A stretch of 64,000 nucleotides of DNA from Octopus sinensis. Taxonomy: Eukaryota. Position numbers and translations under genes: made by a program. Below the pieces are notes generated by a model. The model was not told where the DNA came from and made no database searches. It was given only the letters and a program-made list of their open reading frames with translations. This document shows positions 50,050-61,900 of the stretch, piece by piece. How positions within the stretch are numbered: position 1 is the first letter of the stretch; each line of letters opens with the position of its first letter. The stretch is taken from positions 102,362,001 through 102,426,000 of the forward strand of contig NC_042998.1 in NCBI RefSeq assembly GCF_006345805.1, given 5' to 3'.

Positions 50050-52050
50050 ATGTCTCTTACACAGAGGTGTATTTCATAATCAATTTGCAACGCTAACAAT
50101 AATCATCATTGGTTCTTGCAAAAAAGAGAATTACATCCATAGCGATTTCTCTTTCCAGTATTTGACACTTGACAGTGAATTTGTTAGTGGTAACAGGATA
50201 TAGAAACTTGATACAGAATGCGGTTAACTGATACGATACTTTTCTTCTTAGGTACATGCAAACAGTGTATCTAGGTGTCTGTAATTGATCAACATCTCTT
50301 CTTCTCCTCCTTAGATTCAACAATTTCATCAAGACACGAAAAACAAATATCACTGGACAGTTGATTATAAGTTTTTCTTTCTAGGTACGTGCATCCATTG
50401 TGTATATGTATCAACAGCGTATCCCTTCTTCCTCTACTAACTGCAACACATTTACAACCTCTTCAAGAAGACTTTGCAATATTTTATTCAATCAAATTTG
50501 TTGAGAAAAACCCATGGTATGTTTCGGTATCTCAGAGATTAGAGTAAATAGTACCGTATAATTAATTTAATGATTTGGCTCGACTAATTGCAGCAAAGTG
50601 AACTCCGTTATTTTCCACAATATTAGATGTATGTGCTAAGATGAACAAATTTTAAATCGTGTTCCACATAATAACTGTTTGTTCCATATACCCTTTACAA
50701 ATCCCTCTGAATGTGCAGCAAGAAATGCTGGTTAGTTATCATGTTCTGATGTGGTTAATATATTATTCTATGTAACATGAATTTTTAGAGGGAATTCGGA
50801 TAGACATTGCGAAAGTAGATTACGGAGTCTTTCGATATACTGAATTAACTAGAACTAAACTTATGAAGTGAAGTTTAAGGAAAGTAAAGAAGTATGGCAG
50901 ACAATATAACTTTAAATACTTTCTTCGAGTGAAAAGAATTCTAACATTTGTGAATAGCTTTATAAAAGTATGGAGGAGGTGTGGTCTGAAATCTTAGAAC
51001 ATGAGGATTCTTCAAGAGAACGATTCCTCAAACATCATCCAAGCTTATTTTCTTTCTGTTCATGATATATTTAGAATATTTCTTCTTTATCTCAGCTAGC
51101 ACATTTCTAATAATTATTGATTTCTTCCTGCGATGTATTCAATGACTTCTCTAACCTTATTTGTTTTGTCCGTAAGTAGCCTTTCTTAATATGGCGCCGG
51201 TTTGCCTCTTACTGCTTTAAATTTGTTGCCACATATTGAAACTAGCACATGAATGACACGATCAAAATGTGAATAGGAAGCTTAGGAAAATTTTAATAAA
51301 TAACATGTAGAAATCCTAAAAATGGAATGCATTCATATGTTAAAGTGTTTATTGTTCTGTAGATTACTCAGTCACTTTATATAATAGCATTTATGGTTTC
51401 GAACAACTTATTTGAGATATTGTTTACCGTGGTAAAAGGTTTCGGAATTATCGATTTTTTTTTTACTTTAAATTGCCAAAACTCTGCATTATATTTATAA
51501 GTTGCAACTATCAGCATGATAATCGCATACAAGCAATTCTATGAATATATAAAAGCTGGATTAATTTAGAGACGAACTAAATTGAACTGTAACAATCTCG
51601 TCTATAAACGTTAAAATATATTTCATGTGTAGGTTTTTATATTAATGTATATCTAGCACCAAATCAAACTTGATTCAGAAAACAGGCTGTCAAAAGTCCA
51701 CCAGACATTGAACATCTCTTGTACTTTATCATGTACCATGTTGTTCAAGACACACTCCTCTGAGGACTGCATTGCTTGGTGTATAGAAGATGTAGCTGAA
51801 CGTTCCATGTTCTATAGCAGCCTCATATGTACTCAATTCGTAATTCTGATGATCTATGTATACTTTTAATCTCACCGTCAATATTTTTTTCAGTAATTTT
51901 TTCCCCAATAAATTGCTTGAGAATAATATTCTATATTGGAATATAGAACTTATTTCAATTAGTTGAAACACCAGTACATCGGATACACTGTCTGTCTTCT
52001 TGAAAACATTTTGACCATATATATGAAGTATATTTCTGCATTGTTGCATA
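50050..52050 (-). pseudogene. Possible piggyBac/PGBD-like transposase remnant
   Basis: Only a weak motif CGNKFKAVRGKP (cf. GCKQFIRGKPIRF) plus acidic N-terminal-like stretches; many stops. Confidence 0.25.
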
Positions 52051-52184
52051 AAACCTCTGATGCGTGTTTACCGCCCATCAATAAGTTTTTGGGCGCAAAA
52101 CTAATGAGAGTGCAAATTGATGTGCAATGCAATTAAGAATTCACAATTTTACAATAATTTGTACATGGCTATTAAATATTTGAG

Positions 52185-52226
<42 letters not shown>

Positions 52227-52632
52227 GGCGCAGGAGTGGCTATGTGGTAAGTAGCTTGCTAACCAACCACATGGTTCCGGGTTCAGTCCCACTGCGTGGC
52301 ATCTTGGGCGAGTGTCTTCTGCTATAGCCCCGGGCCGACCAATGCCTTGTGAGTGGATTTGGTAGACGGAAACTGAAAGAAGCCTGTCGTATATATGTAT
52401 ATATATATATATGTGTGTGTTTGTGTGTCTGTGTTTGTCCCCCTAGCATTGCTTGACAACCCATGCTGGTGTGTTTACGTCCCGTTACTTAGCGGTTCGG
52501 CAAAAAAGAGACCGATAGAATAAGTACTGGGCTTACAAAGAATAAGTCCCGGGGTCGATTTGCTCGACTAAAGGCGGAGCTCCAGCATGGCCGCAGTCAA
52601 ATGACTGAAACAAGTAAAAGAGTAAAAGAGAG
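52227..52632 (+). mobile_element. SINE family 1, full-length reference copy (tRNA-derived head)
   Basis: A-box-like tggctatgtggt, B-box-like ggttcagtccc, central (TA)/(TG) microsatellite and (gtaaaaga)n tail. I did not verify its identity to the named octopus SINE families. Confidence 0.92.
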
Positions 52633-52681
52633 TAATATATATATATATATAGATATATATATATATATACACACACATACT

Positions 52682-52732
<51 letters not shown>

Positions 52733-52734
52733 CT

Positions 52735-52767
<33 letters not shown>

Positions 52768-52774
52768 TATATAT

Positions 52775-52817
<43 letters not shown>

Positions 52818-54679
52818 GTGAAGTTCAAAAAAGTTTCTTTTTTCCTTTCGGGATGTATTTACCCGAATGTGTAATTGTTAAAAAGCAGTTTTGAATAAAC
52901 ACTACACACTGACAAAATATACACAATCTACATTATAGGAAACGACGTTACAAAATAATTACAGTTTCTTTCTATGAGAGAAAAATTAACTCTTTTCTTA
53001 CTCTTAAATTCTTCAGTTTCTACCAGTTCCTATACACCTTATAGTAATGTTTGAGAAGTATCCCTGAAACCATGAAATAGACAACCCCAGTTAACCTCTA
53101 TTCTAGTCCTGCTTGTGTATAGTGTTTCATTTCGAGTCATGTTCACACTACTTCTTGTCTCATAACCTTCTCTAAATATCTTCTCATTTATCACTCTTCA
53201 AAAGACAATCATGTGCAATTTTGTTTTCGAACATCTAGTTACGCATATCTATATTCGACATTTATTGCATTGGTGTCTGTATTATTGTCAGCGCGGTGGC
53301 AGCATAGGTGATATTTACTGCCACGTTAGCTATAGTGTAATATATAAACATGTTCTTCATAGTAAAAGGTCAATTGCATCTCAGAGACAAAAATTAAAAA
53401 AAAAAAGAAAAAGATTTATCGTCGCAATTTTGAGCATAGAGAAATTATATATGAAATTGTTTTGCTTTTATAAGAGTTTCGTGAGGAATAGTTGGCATAT
53501 ATATTGTGGACGAAAGTTCCCATGTGCAACGAAACTAATTTGGTAAGTTTGGCTGTAGATTATCTCGAATATATATGACCATGGGAGTTGTCCGAGCTTA
53601 ACAGGATGCGTTAATATTAAGTCACTATGAGGAATATACGAAAAGAGAAAGCGGTCAATTCATCTCTGTCAATGACTATCAGCAGCATATCGATTTATAA
53701 AGAAACAAAATATCTATTTCTCTTTATTTATATATCAGGTTTTATCTCCTCAAACTAAACAGTCATTTGATTAATCACTTCCAGTTGTAATATAGAGGCG
53801 AATACCAATAATTCTTCACTAGTAAAGAAATATGATGGTGGAATAACCCTTTAGTAACCATCTTTAGAACTACTGCATCATTCTCGCATGTGTTCGGTGT
53901 AAGATATTTCAATGAACTGAGTCAACTCAGTGCATTTTGCGATTTGCTTTCTCAAATAATAATATACATTATTGCAATTCCACTGGAATAAACTCATCAT
54001 GTAGATATTAATACATTCCTTAATAACTGCTGATAGATTACCCGGATATAGATAGAAAATATCAATAAAATATTGAATAAATTACTTCCCATTCAGATAA
54101 TACATAAAGCATAATTTTTTCTTTGCATTCTCGTGATAAACCTGTATTATTTACTTAGATTTTAATTTCCTCCTTACATGTTATATATATTTTCATTTTC
54201 TTCGAACGTTTTCCTTTTAAATCTTGCTATTCTAGGTTACGTTGTTAGCATTTCTGTGGCAGATAGTACTGTATACGCTATTATAGATTATACAGGATAA
54301 TTTGCTACCTTGTCATTGTAGTTGTTGTTTAATAGTAGCATTTCTTTTTATCATTCTGATGGAGTTAATTCTGAGATTGTAGATTATAGATTTACAGTTA
54401 AATCTTGTATGCAAGCAGCAGCTGCCAGTGAAGCTGATAATGGTGGTAGAGACCGCTATGTTTATACTGGTGAATCTACCTATGAAATATTAATAGCTTC
54501 AAATATATGCAGAAACATTGAAATTCGGTAGAAACGGCACAAATGATAGAACCCGGAGGTATGAAAAGCACTATTGACGTCGGAGGCATTCAAACTCAGA
54601 AGGTAAAGAACCGACACAAATATGCCAGCAGTTTTCAGTGCTCGACAGATCTTTTCAGTTCACCGCATGCATTGTAACA

Positions 54680-55065
54680 ATAATTTCTAATTTAGTCACA
54701 AAGCCAGTAGTTTGGACGTGAAAGAGATTAATCGATTACATCAATCTAAGTACAAGATTGGTCCTTAATTTGATCGGAGCTGGCTATATGAAAGGCAAAG
54801 TTGACATGTTCGGGATTTGAACTCAGAGCATAAGCAACTGGAAAAATTATCATAAATATTTTTTCCGACGCTTAAATGATTCTTATTTTTTTATTGCCCA
54901 CAAAGGGCTAAACATAGAGGGGACAAACAAGGACAGACAAAGGGATTACATTGACCCCAGTGCGTAACTGGTACTTATTTAATCGACCCCGAAAGGATGA
55001 AAGGCAAAGTCGACCTCGGCGGAATCCGACGCTTAAATGATTCTACCCGTTCACAGTCTAAATGC
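54680..55065 (-). mobile_element. Old SINE family 2 (tail A) interrupted by a 5'-truncated tail-B SINE (54884-55025) with 19-bp TSD
   Basis: TSD ccgacgcttaaatgattct lies at 54865-54883 and 55026-55044. Confidence 0.88.
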
Positions 55066-55386
55066 ATGGTTTCTACTTAAAGGTAATTTCAAATAGTGAA
55101 CACCTTGTAGAATTTTTATCAGGTAACCTAACAAATATTTTAATTAGACACGATGTGGATGATCCATTGTGTTTATCTTATGTCCACATTTCAGCATTTA
55201 GGAAATCACATCTGTCTCTACCCGACAATTTGAATTATCTCTGCATGTTTCGATGCTGTTGTACACAAACCTCATTCAATTTCAATTGCCTATCATTATT
55301 AAGAAACTGCTGCTCTCATTCTATTTTCTAAATGCTCAATGAAATCCGGTTGTTCTTTGTCTGTAGGGGCAAAGGGAGACACTAAC

Positions 55387-55826
55387 GTTATCATGTACAT
55401 TGTTTTGTCTTGGTGTAAAAAATGGGCTACTGCAAATATTCTCCTCAATACCACAGAGCTGCTTGCCCAGTTGCTTGACCTTAACCACTTGAGCATATAG
55501 CTAACAGTATATGCATCTCATATCACGAGCAGAAATAGTGGCGGAGCATAATAACCAAAGGTGTTTCCTTCATCATCCATAAATTATACGTATTCAAAGA
55601 CCTTTGGAGCGGGATGTGCTACTCGACACGAAGGAAACTCTAACTGGGCCCACGTCCAAGGTCATGCACTGTTTGTCTTGATTAGCAGGTCACTATTCCA
55701 CGCACGTATTGTTGTTATGCATTTGCCTGGTGTATCCTTATCAGATGGGCAGTGATAATGGGAATATTGAGCTTTGCATATTTGTACACCCGCGTGACTT
55801 TGATAGTGACTGTTGCTCCCTTACTC
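55387..55826 (+). mobile_element. (AAT)n-tailed ~545-bp element, older 5'-truncated copy
   Basis: Starts at gttatcatgtacattg and is followed by (AAT)n. Confidence 0.85.
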
Positions 55827-55832
55827 TGTATC

Positions 55833-55887
<55 letters not shown>

Positions 55888-55933
55888 TAATAATACGAAG
55901 AAGAAGAAGAAGAAGAAGAAGAAGAAGAAGAAA

Positions 55934-56487
55934 TGCCCTGATGCAGTAACAGGCAGTGGCTCTCATGGCTTCTTATCTTAACTGATTGGAGGTGTTATCA
56001 TGTACATTGCTTTGTGTTGGTATAAAAGATGGGCTAACTGCGAATATTCTGTTCAATACCACAGATTTGCTTGTCAGTTGCTTGACCTGAACCATTTGAG
56101 CATATCCCTTAGTGGCTGACGATACGTGCAACTCTGATCAGGAGCAGAATTAGTGGGGTAGCATCATAGCCATGTGTTGAGAGGGATACTTTGGGGTTTG
56201 GATAATTCACCTTCGGAAACATGCGTGTTTCGTTCAACATCCTTAAAAATCTTTATTCGGCGATCTTTTGAGTAGGGATAGCTACTCGACCTGAACAAAA
56301 ATCTAATTGGACCCCATCTCAAAGGTCATGCGCTGTTAATCTTGATATGACATTACAATGTCACGCACATATGGTTTGGTGCATATGCTTGGTGTACCTT
56401 TATCAGACAGGTAGTTACGATGGGCATATAGGGCTTTGTATATTTTACCCCAGTGTCAATTTGATGGCATGCATTGCTCTTTCACTC
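55934..56487 (+). mobile_element. (AAT)n-flanked ~545-bp element, full copy
   Basis: Runs tgccctgatgcagt...ttcactc, preceded by (AAT)n(AAG)n and followed by (AAT)-type repeats. Confidence 0.9.
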
Positions 56488-56619
56488 AATGGCAATAATA
56501 ATAATGATAATAGTAATAACAATAACAAAAACAGCAACAACAACACAATTAATAATAATAATAGTAATGATAATAATAATATCTTAAAAAGGATTGACGT
56601 AACTCCTCACAAAGATAAA

Positions 56620-59400
56620 CAGTCAAGACGAAGAGCGTGTTTCGATTGTAATAGATATTTTATTGGTTGAACGATATTTCTACATTAAGTCAAGTTCAAA
56701 ATAAGAGTTGATGAAAATTCAGAATTATAGAAACTTAAATTCAAAGTAAGGACGAGAGCAACCAGCATCAACAGGTTGATGGAATTACATCAGTCTTTAA
56801 GTTTCAATTTTATAACAGGCGAAAAGAAAGCGCAAAAGACAGAAACAAAAGAGGAAAGAAACAAGAAAAGGTAAAAGAAGACTAAAAGAAGTCAAACAAT
56901 TTTGTATAAATTTGATGATATTTTCCTGTCATTTTATTCCTTCCTTCAGGGCTTGCTGTTGATAAGACGCAAACATATTTCTCCTCATGCATTCTAAGAA
57001 GTGAAAGTGAAACAGATTCAGAATAGTATCTGAGAATATACACGTTCAAGTCTTTTTCAAAATTGCAGCCGTTTGATACGAAATGTTCGGAAAGTTTTGT
57101 CGAACTATTGTTATTGTGCATTACGTCGAATTTGTGCCCACTAAACCTTTTGTTTAATTGTTCTGTTGTACAACCAACATAAATCGAGTAGTATTTCGTG
57201 CATTGAAATCTCTACATGTCCCATTTTCTGTATAAATCATAACATTTCCGTTATGATTCCTGATGGAATTCACTTGACTCATGTTGTTGCACGATGAACA
57301 GGGCTTACCTCTCTTGCGGCTGTTTTTCAAGGTACAGCGTGCAGGATAATCCAATGTTAATTTTCTTGGAGTTAGAAATAGAGGTCAATAATTCTCTTAT
57401 ATTCTTATTCTGTCTAAAGGGTACAATAGGCGGCTGAGGAAATATCTGTTTGAAACGAGGTTATTTTTTCGTTACATGCTGGTAACTTTCATGCAACACG
57501 TTTGAAATGCCAGCGAAATTTCGGTGCCAGTTAATCACTAAAGGAATTCTGTCATCTATTGTATTGTGTTTGCTAAAATTATGCGTGAAGGTTTGACTGT
57601 CTTTGCTATTTCATTTGCTATCTTAGCTTTTTCAAGCATTTAAACGTTTCCAGTAATTCCCTATGTGAGCACAAATCAGTTTTATCCCAAAAATATTGGC
57701 ATTTCGAATTTGACTGAATAATATGATGTGGATGGTCGGAGCGGTGGTAGAGATAAATGCAAAATAACTCTGTCACTATTCTTGCTCCAGAAAACTTAAC
57801 TTTTGTGTCCAAAATCCAACGCTAGTTTTTGAAAAACTAGACGTAAATTTTATGTTGGATTTAAAGCCATATTTTTTAGAATAACAGTCACCGAAATGCA
57901 AGAAGTCCATTAATCTATCCCGTGATCCTTCTCTGACGAAAAATACGTCATCAATGAATCGTAACCAGAGAAGTGGTTCATGGCCATGAAGAGATTTGAA
58001 TGTCTTCAGTAACTGTGTCTCGAATGTCGTCATGAAGACATTAGTGAAATTGACGGCCATGAGTTTACCCATGGCGCAACCCTTCGTCTGGTGGTAACAT
58101 ATTTGTCTAAACTTGATTGTGTTACTTTTTAACTCAAACCTGAATAATCTACAGAGAAAATTTAATAGAATACTTTCGTTTGACCGCTTTTCGAAGGCAT
58201 CCATGCATGCTCCTACCCCTTCATCGTGGTCAATATTGGGATATAAGGAAGAAACATCTATGGTTACCAAAAAACAGTTCTTGATAGGACCTCGATGCTT
58301 AAAAAGGTTGTGAACTTTAGACAGAAAATCAGAAGTATCCCGAATATAGGAACTTGATATTTTTGCGACGGAGAGTAGAAAGCCATCCCGCTATTCCGAA
58401 ATGTTAGCCGTACAACATATCCGCTGCAAATTGAACGCATTGCAGGAAATATTTCGAACATTTTGTGTATTTTAGGAAACCCATAAAATACAAGGGTTCT
58501 TTCTGACCGTAAAATCCTGGATTCAGCCGTATGAATGAAATTATTTTCCTCCATTTCCAGAATTATTTTGTCACGTTCCCCTCTAATTGGGGTTTGGATC
58601 GACAAGTAATTCTTTATATGAAGTTTTGTTATTTAAAACTTCTTCACAAGCCGAAATATACTCACTTTTGTCCATAATAACGATAGCGCCTTCCTTACCC
58701 GCCATTTTAACTACAATAGAATCGTTATTAGCTAGACATCAGAGTGTGTAACGATGGAAATTTGTGAGGTTATTCCAAGACTTCTTTTCACTTGTTTTAG
58801 GGCTTTCTCAAATGCCTGCCTGACAAGATGCTGGAAATTCCAGTAGTGCTTGTGAACGTCCGTTCCGAACTTTATCTAGATACCAATTGGGATTCTTTTC
58901 AATCCTATTTTATGCCAGATTTGATCATTATCATTTTATTTTCAGTTACCATGAGGTTTTCTGAGTCCTCATTACCAGCTTTTTCAAAAAAAATGTTCCT
59001 TCAGCTTGTGACGGCGGACTAGACCTTGAGCTAGTTTATTCTTGTCGAAATTCTTAGTGGTTGGGCAGAAACTCATTCCAATCTCCAAGACTGAGATGTT
59101 GTCGACCGACTTATTCTCTAGTGTGATGGATTGTCACAGGCAATTCGTTATCAGTCTTACTCTCATTAAATTCCTGACTACTTTTTGGGCTTTGCTCGAA
59201 ATCTTCACTTAAAACACGGAACCTATTGGGTGATAAATTTTGTTCTGAATGTTCATGTGAGAAGTTATAATTTTTAGTCGTCTTCCTAAGGGTAACCCAT
59301 TTTCAGAGGTGGGTGATAGAAAGTGAGTGACTTCTGTGGTTTTTGTAGACATCTGAAAAACCTTTACTTTCGGGAAAGGAACAAATTTACTGTTTACAGG
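56620..59400 (-). mobile_element. Penelope-like element (Neptune-like), decayed: RT, Cys-rich linker, GIY-YIG, 3' pLTR
   Basis: VTIDVSSLYPNIDH, KGCAMGK..A, LLWLRFIDDVFF, KPCSSC and KLSEHF..STASPEGRN. A decayed HHR lies at 56631-56797 (aaga-CUGAUGU...GAAAcacgc-tctt). Confidence 0.88.
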
Positions 59401-59746
59401 CAAAATCTTCGCATTTTTGACTGGTCGAGGTATGCAATAATGAAGGAAGAAAAGTCGATAGATACGAAAGGTTAGCGTGGGAGGTTAAGCAGTTGTGGTC
59501 GATGAAAAAGGTGCTAGAAGTACCAGTAATTTTCGGATCCCTGGGAACAGTGAGTAAAAATCTTGAGAAGTACATGGAAGAAGTAGGGGCTGCAATAACA
59601 GTGGAGCACTTGCAGAAAACAGCACTGCTTCGAACAACTGGAATACTCCGAATGGTGCTCGAAAAAAAAAGGGGTGTTATCTTAGTTCACTGGTAATGAA
59701 CAGTTGGTACCGTAGTACATCTCCAGCGTTAGAAGCTATGCAAGAC
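59401..59746 (+). mobile_element. Dong/R4 LINE 3' fragment (subfamily A) ending in (AAT)n
   Basis: KVDRYERLAWEVKQLWSMKKVLEVPVIFGSLGTVSKNLEKY..LQKTALLRT, followed by the 3' UTR and AAT tail. Confidence 0.85.
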
Positions 59747-59788
59747 AATACTAATAATAATATTAACAACAACAACAACAACAATAAA

Positions 59789-59830
<42 letters not shown>

Positions 59831-59831
<1 letters not shown>

Positions 59832-60319
59832 CCTCCTCATTGATATGACTGTCCAATCGATATAAACGTATCTGTCAGGACCTACCAAAAACTGAGCAAA
59901 TATAAAGATCTTGAAATAGAAATCAGCAAAATGGTGGAAGCTGAAGACTAAAACATACCTGTTGTCATAGGTGCCCTGGGAATGATAGCAAAAGCGGCTG
60001 ATAGCTACCTAACTCAGATACCAGGAACCCAAAAATGGCAGAAGTTCAAAAGATAGTGCTCATGGGAACTGCTCATATCCTACGCAAAATACTCTCTATG
60101 TAACCTCAAGGTTTAAAACAACCATAATTTCGGTTTAAAAAAAAAAAAAAAAAAAAAAACTTTTTTTTTAGACATTCATTAGTACAACATCCCCACCCCC
60201 CAAATATATGGCACACTAGGCATAACAACAACAGGAAATCCAACCTGGGTTGTCTTGAGGTCTCTGGGTGAGACTTGGAGCCAACTTGTACAAATATAAA
60301 GCAAAAGTCAAACATAGAG
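59831..60319 (+). mobile_element. Dong/R4 LINE 3' fragment (subfamily B) between (AAT)n tracts
   Basis: LIDMTV..KLSKYKDLEIEISKM..PVVIGALGMI..VQKIVLMGTAHILRKILSM (frameshifted). Confidence 0.85.
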
Positions 60320-60326
60320 AATAATA

Positions 60327-60381
<55 letters not shown>

Positions 60382-60382
<1 letters not shown>

Positions 60383-60922
60383 GCCCTGATGCAGTACCAG
60401 GCAGTGGCTCTCATGGCTTCTGATCTTAACTGATTGGAAGTGTTATCATGTACATTGTTTTGTCTTGGTATAAAAGATTGGCTACAGCAAATATTCTGCT
60501 CAATACCACAGATTTGCTTGTCAGTTGTTTGACCTTAACCAGTTGAGCATGTCCCTTAGTGGCTGATGATATGTGCATCTCTGATCACGAGCAGAAGTAG
60601 TGGGGGAGCATCATAGCCATGTGTTGAGAGGGATTCTTTGGAGTTTGAATAATTCACCTCTGGAAACATGGGTGTTTCGTTCAACGTCCTTAAACAACCC
60701 TTATTCAGGGACCTTTTGAGCGGGATGGGTTACTCGATCTGAAGAAAATTCTAACTGGGCTCCACCTGCAAGGTCAGGTGCTGTTTATCTTGATATGAGA
60801 TCACCATGTCGCGCACATATGGTTTGGTGTACCCTTATCAGACGGGTAGTCATGATGGGTATACTGGGCTTCGTATATTTTACCCCAGTGTCACTTTGAT
60901 GGCATGCTCTGCTCGCTCACTC
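60382..60922 (+). mobile_element. (AAT)n-flanked ~545-bp element, reference copy
   Basis: Five copies occur in the window; no ORF and no tRNA A/B boxes were recognised. Confidence 0.92.
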
Positions 60923-60934
60923 AATAATAATAAT

Positions 60935-60995
<61 letters not shown>

Positions 60996-61005
60996 TAATA
61001 ATAAT

Positions 61006-61472
61006 GTTAATGGGAGAACACCGGGGGACATTTAACACGTGAGAGCGATAAAACACAGCTCCGAAATCCATCCAAAAACATCGGGAATAAAGACAAGTGG
61101 AACCTAAAATATATGATTCAGTGCGACCATGAGATTGAGAATAGGAAGTCGGACATTGTCTTAATTGAGAAAGAAAACAATCTATGCTGGATCATAGATA
61201 TAGCATGCCCAGCTGACAAGAAGCTATGCGATAAGGAAGAAAGAAATGTCGAGTGGTATGACAGGATAGCTTGCGAAGTTAAGCAGTTGTGGTCGAGGAA
61301 AAAGGTAGCAGTAGTACAAATAATTGTCGGAGCCTTGGGAACAGTGAGCAAAAATCTCGAGAATTACGTGTAATAAATAGGGGGTGCAATAAGGGTGGAG
61401 TACCTGTAGAAAACAGCACTGCTTGGAACGACTCGAATACTCCGGAAGGTGCTCGAAAAATAAGAGGTGTTA
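61006..61472 (+). mobile_element. Dong/R4 LINE RLE-domain fragment (subfamily A) between (AAT)n tracts
   Basis: IQCDHEIENRKSDIVLIEKENNLCWIIDIACPADK..EVKQLWSRKK..VGALGTVSKNLE. Confidence 0.85.
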
Positions 61473-61492
61473 AAATAATAATAATAATAATA

Positions 61493-61551
<59 letters not shown>

Positions 61552-61599
61552 TAATAATAATAATAATAATAATAAATAATAATAATAATAATAATAATA

Positions 61600-61633
<34 letters not shown>

Positions 61634-61900
61634 TATTATTATTATTAATATTATTATTATTGCTATTATTATTGTTGTTGATGTTATTATCATTATTATT
61701 ATATTTCTTCTTCTTCTTCTTCTTCTTCTTATTATTATTATTATTATAACATCAACTATGATAACAACAGTAGCAACAGCAAGAATAACAATAGAGCAAT
61801 GACGATGACAATAAAAATGGTGAAGGTATTGGTGATGATGATGATTATGATGGTTATAATGATGGTTATAATGGTGGTGGTGTTGATGATGCTGGTTTTC
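61473..61900. repeat. (AAT)n to (ATT)n switch, then (CTT)n and (GAT/GGT)n microsatellites
   Basis: Direct reading. Confidence 0.95.

Noticed and set aside
60560-60760. CUGANGA strings and a possible HDV-like CTAA motif inside the 545-bp element
   Set aside because: No compatible stems I-III or P1-P3 could be built by hand.
61006-61075. gagc...gctcc-gaaa hairpin at the 5' edge of a Dong fragment, resembling a HHR
   Set aside because: The CUGANGA core is replaced by cacgtga and there is no NUH site or stem I.
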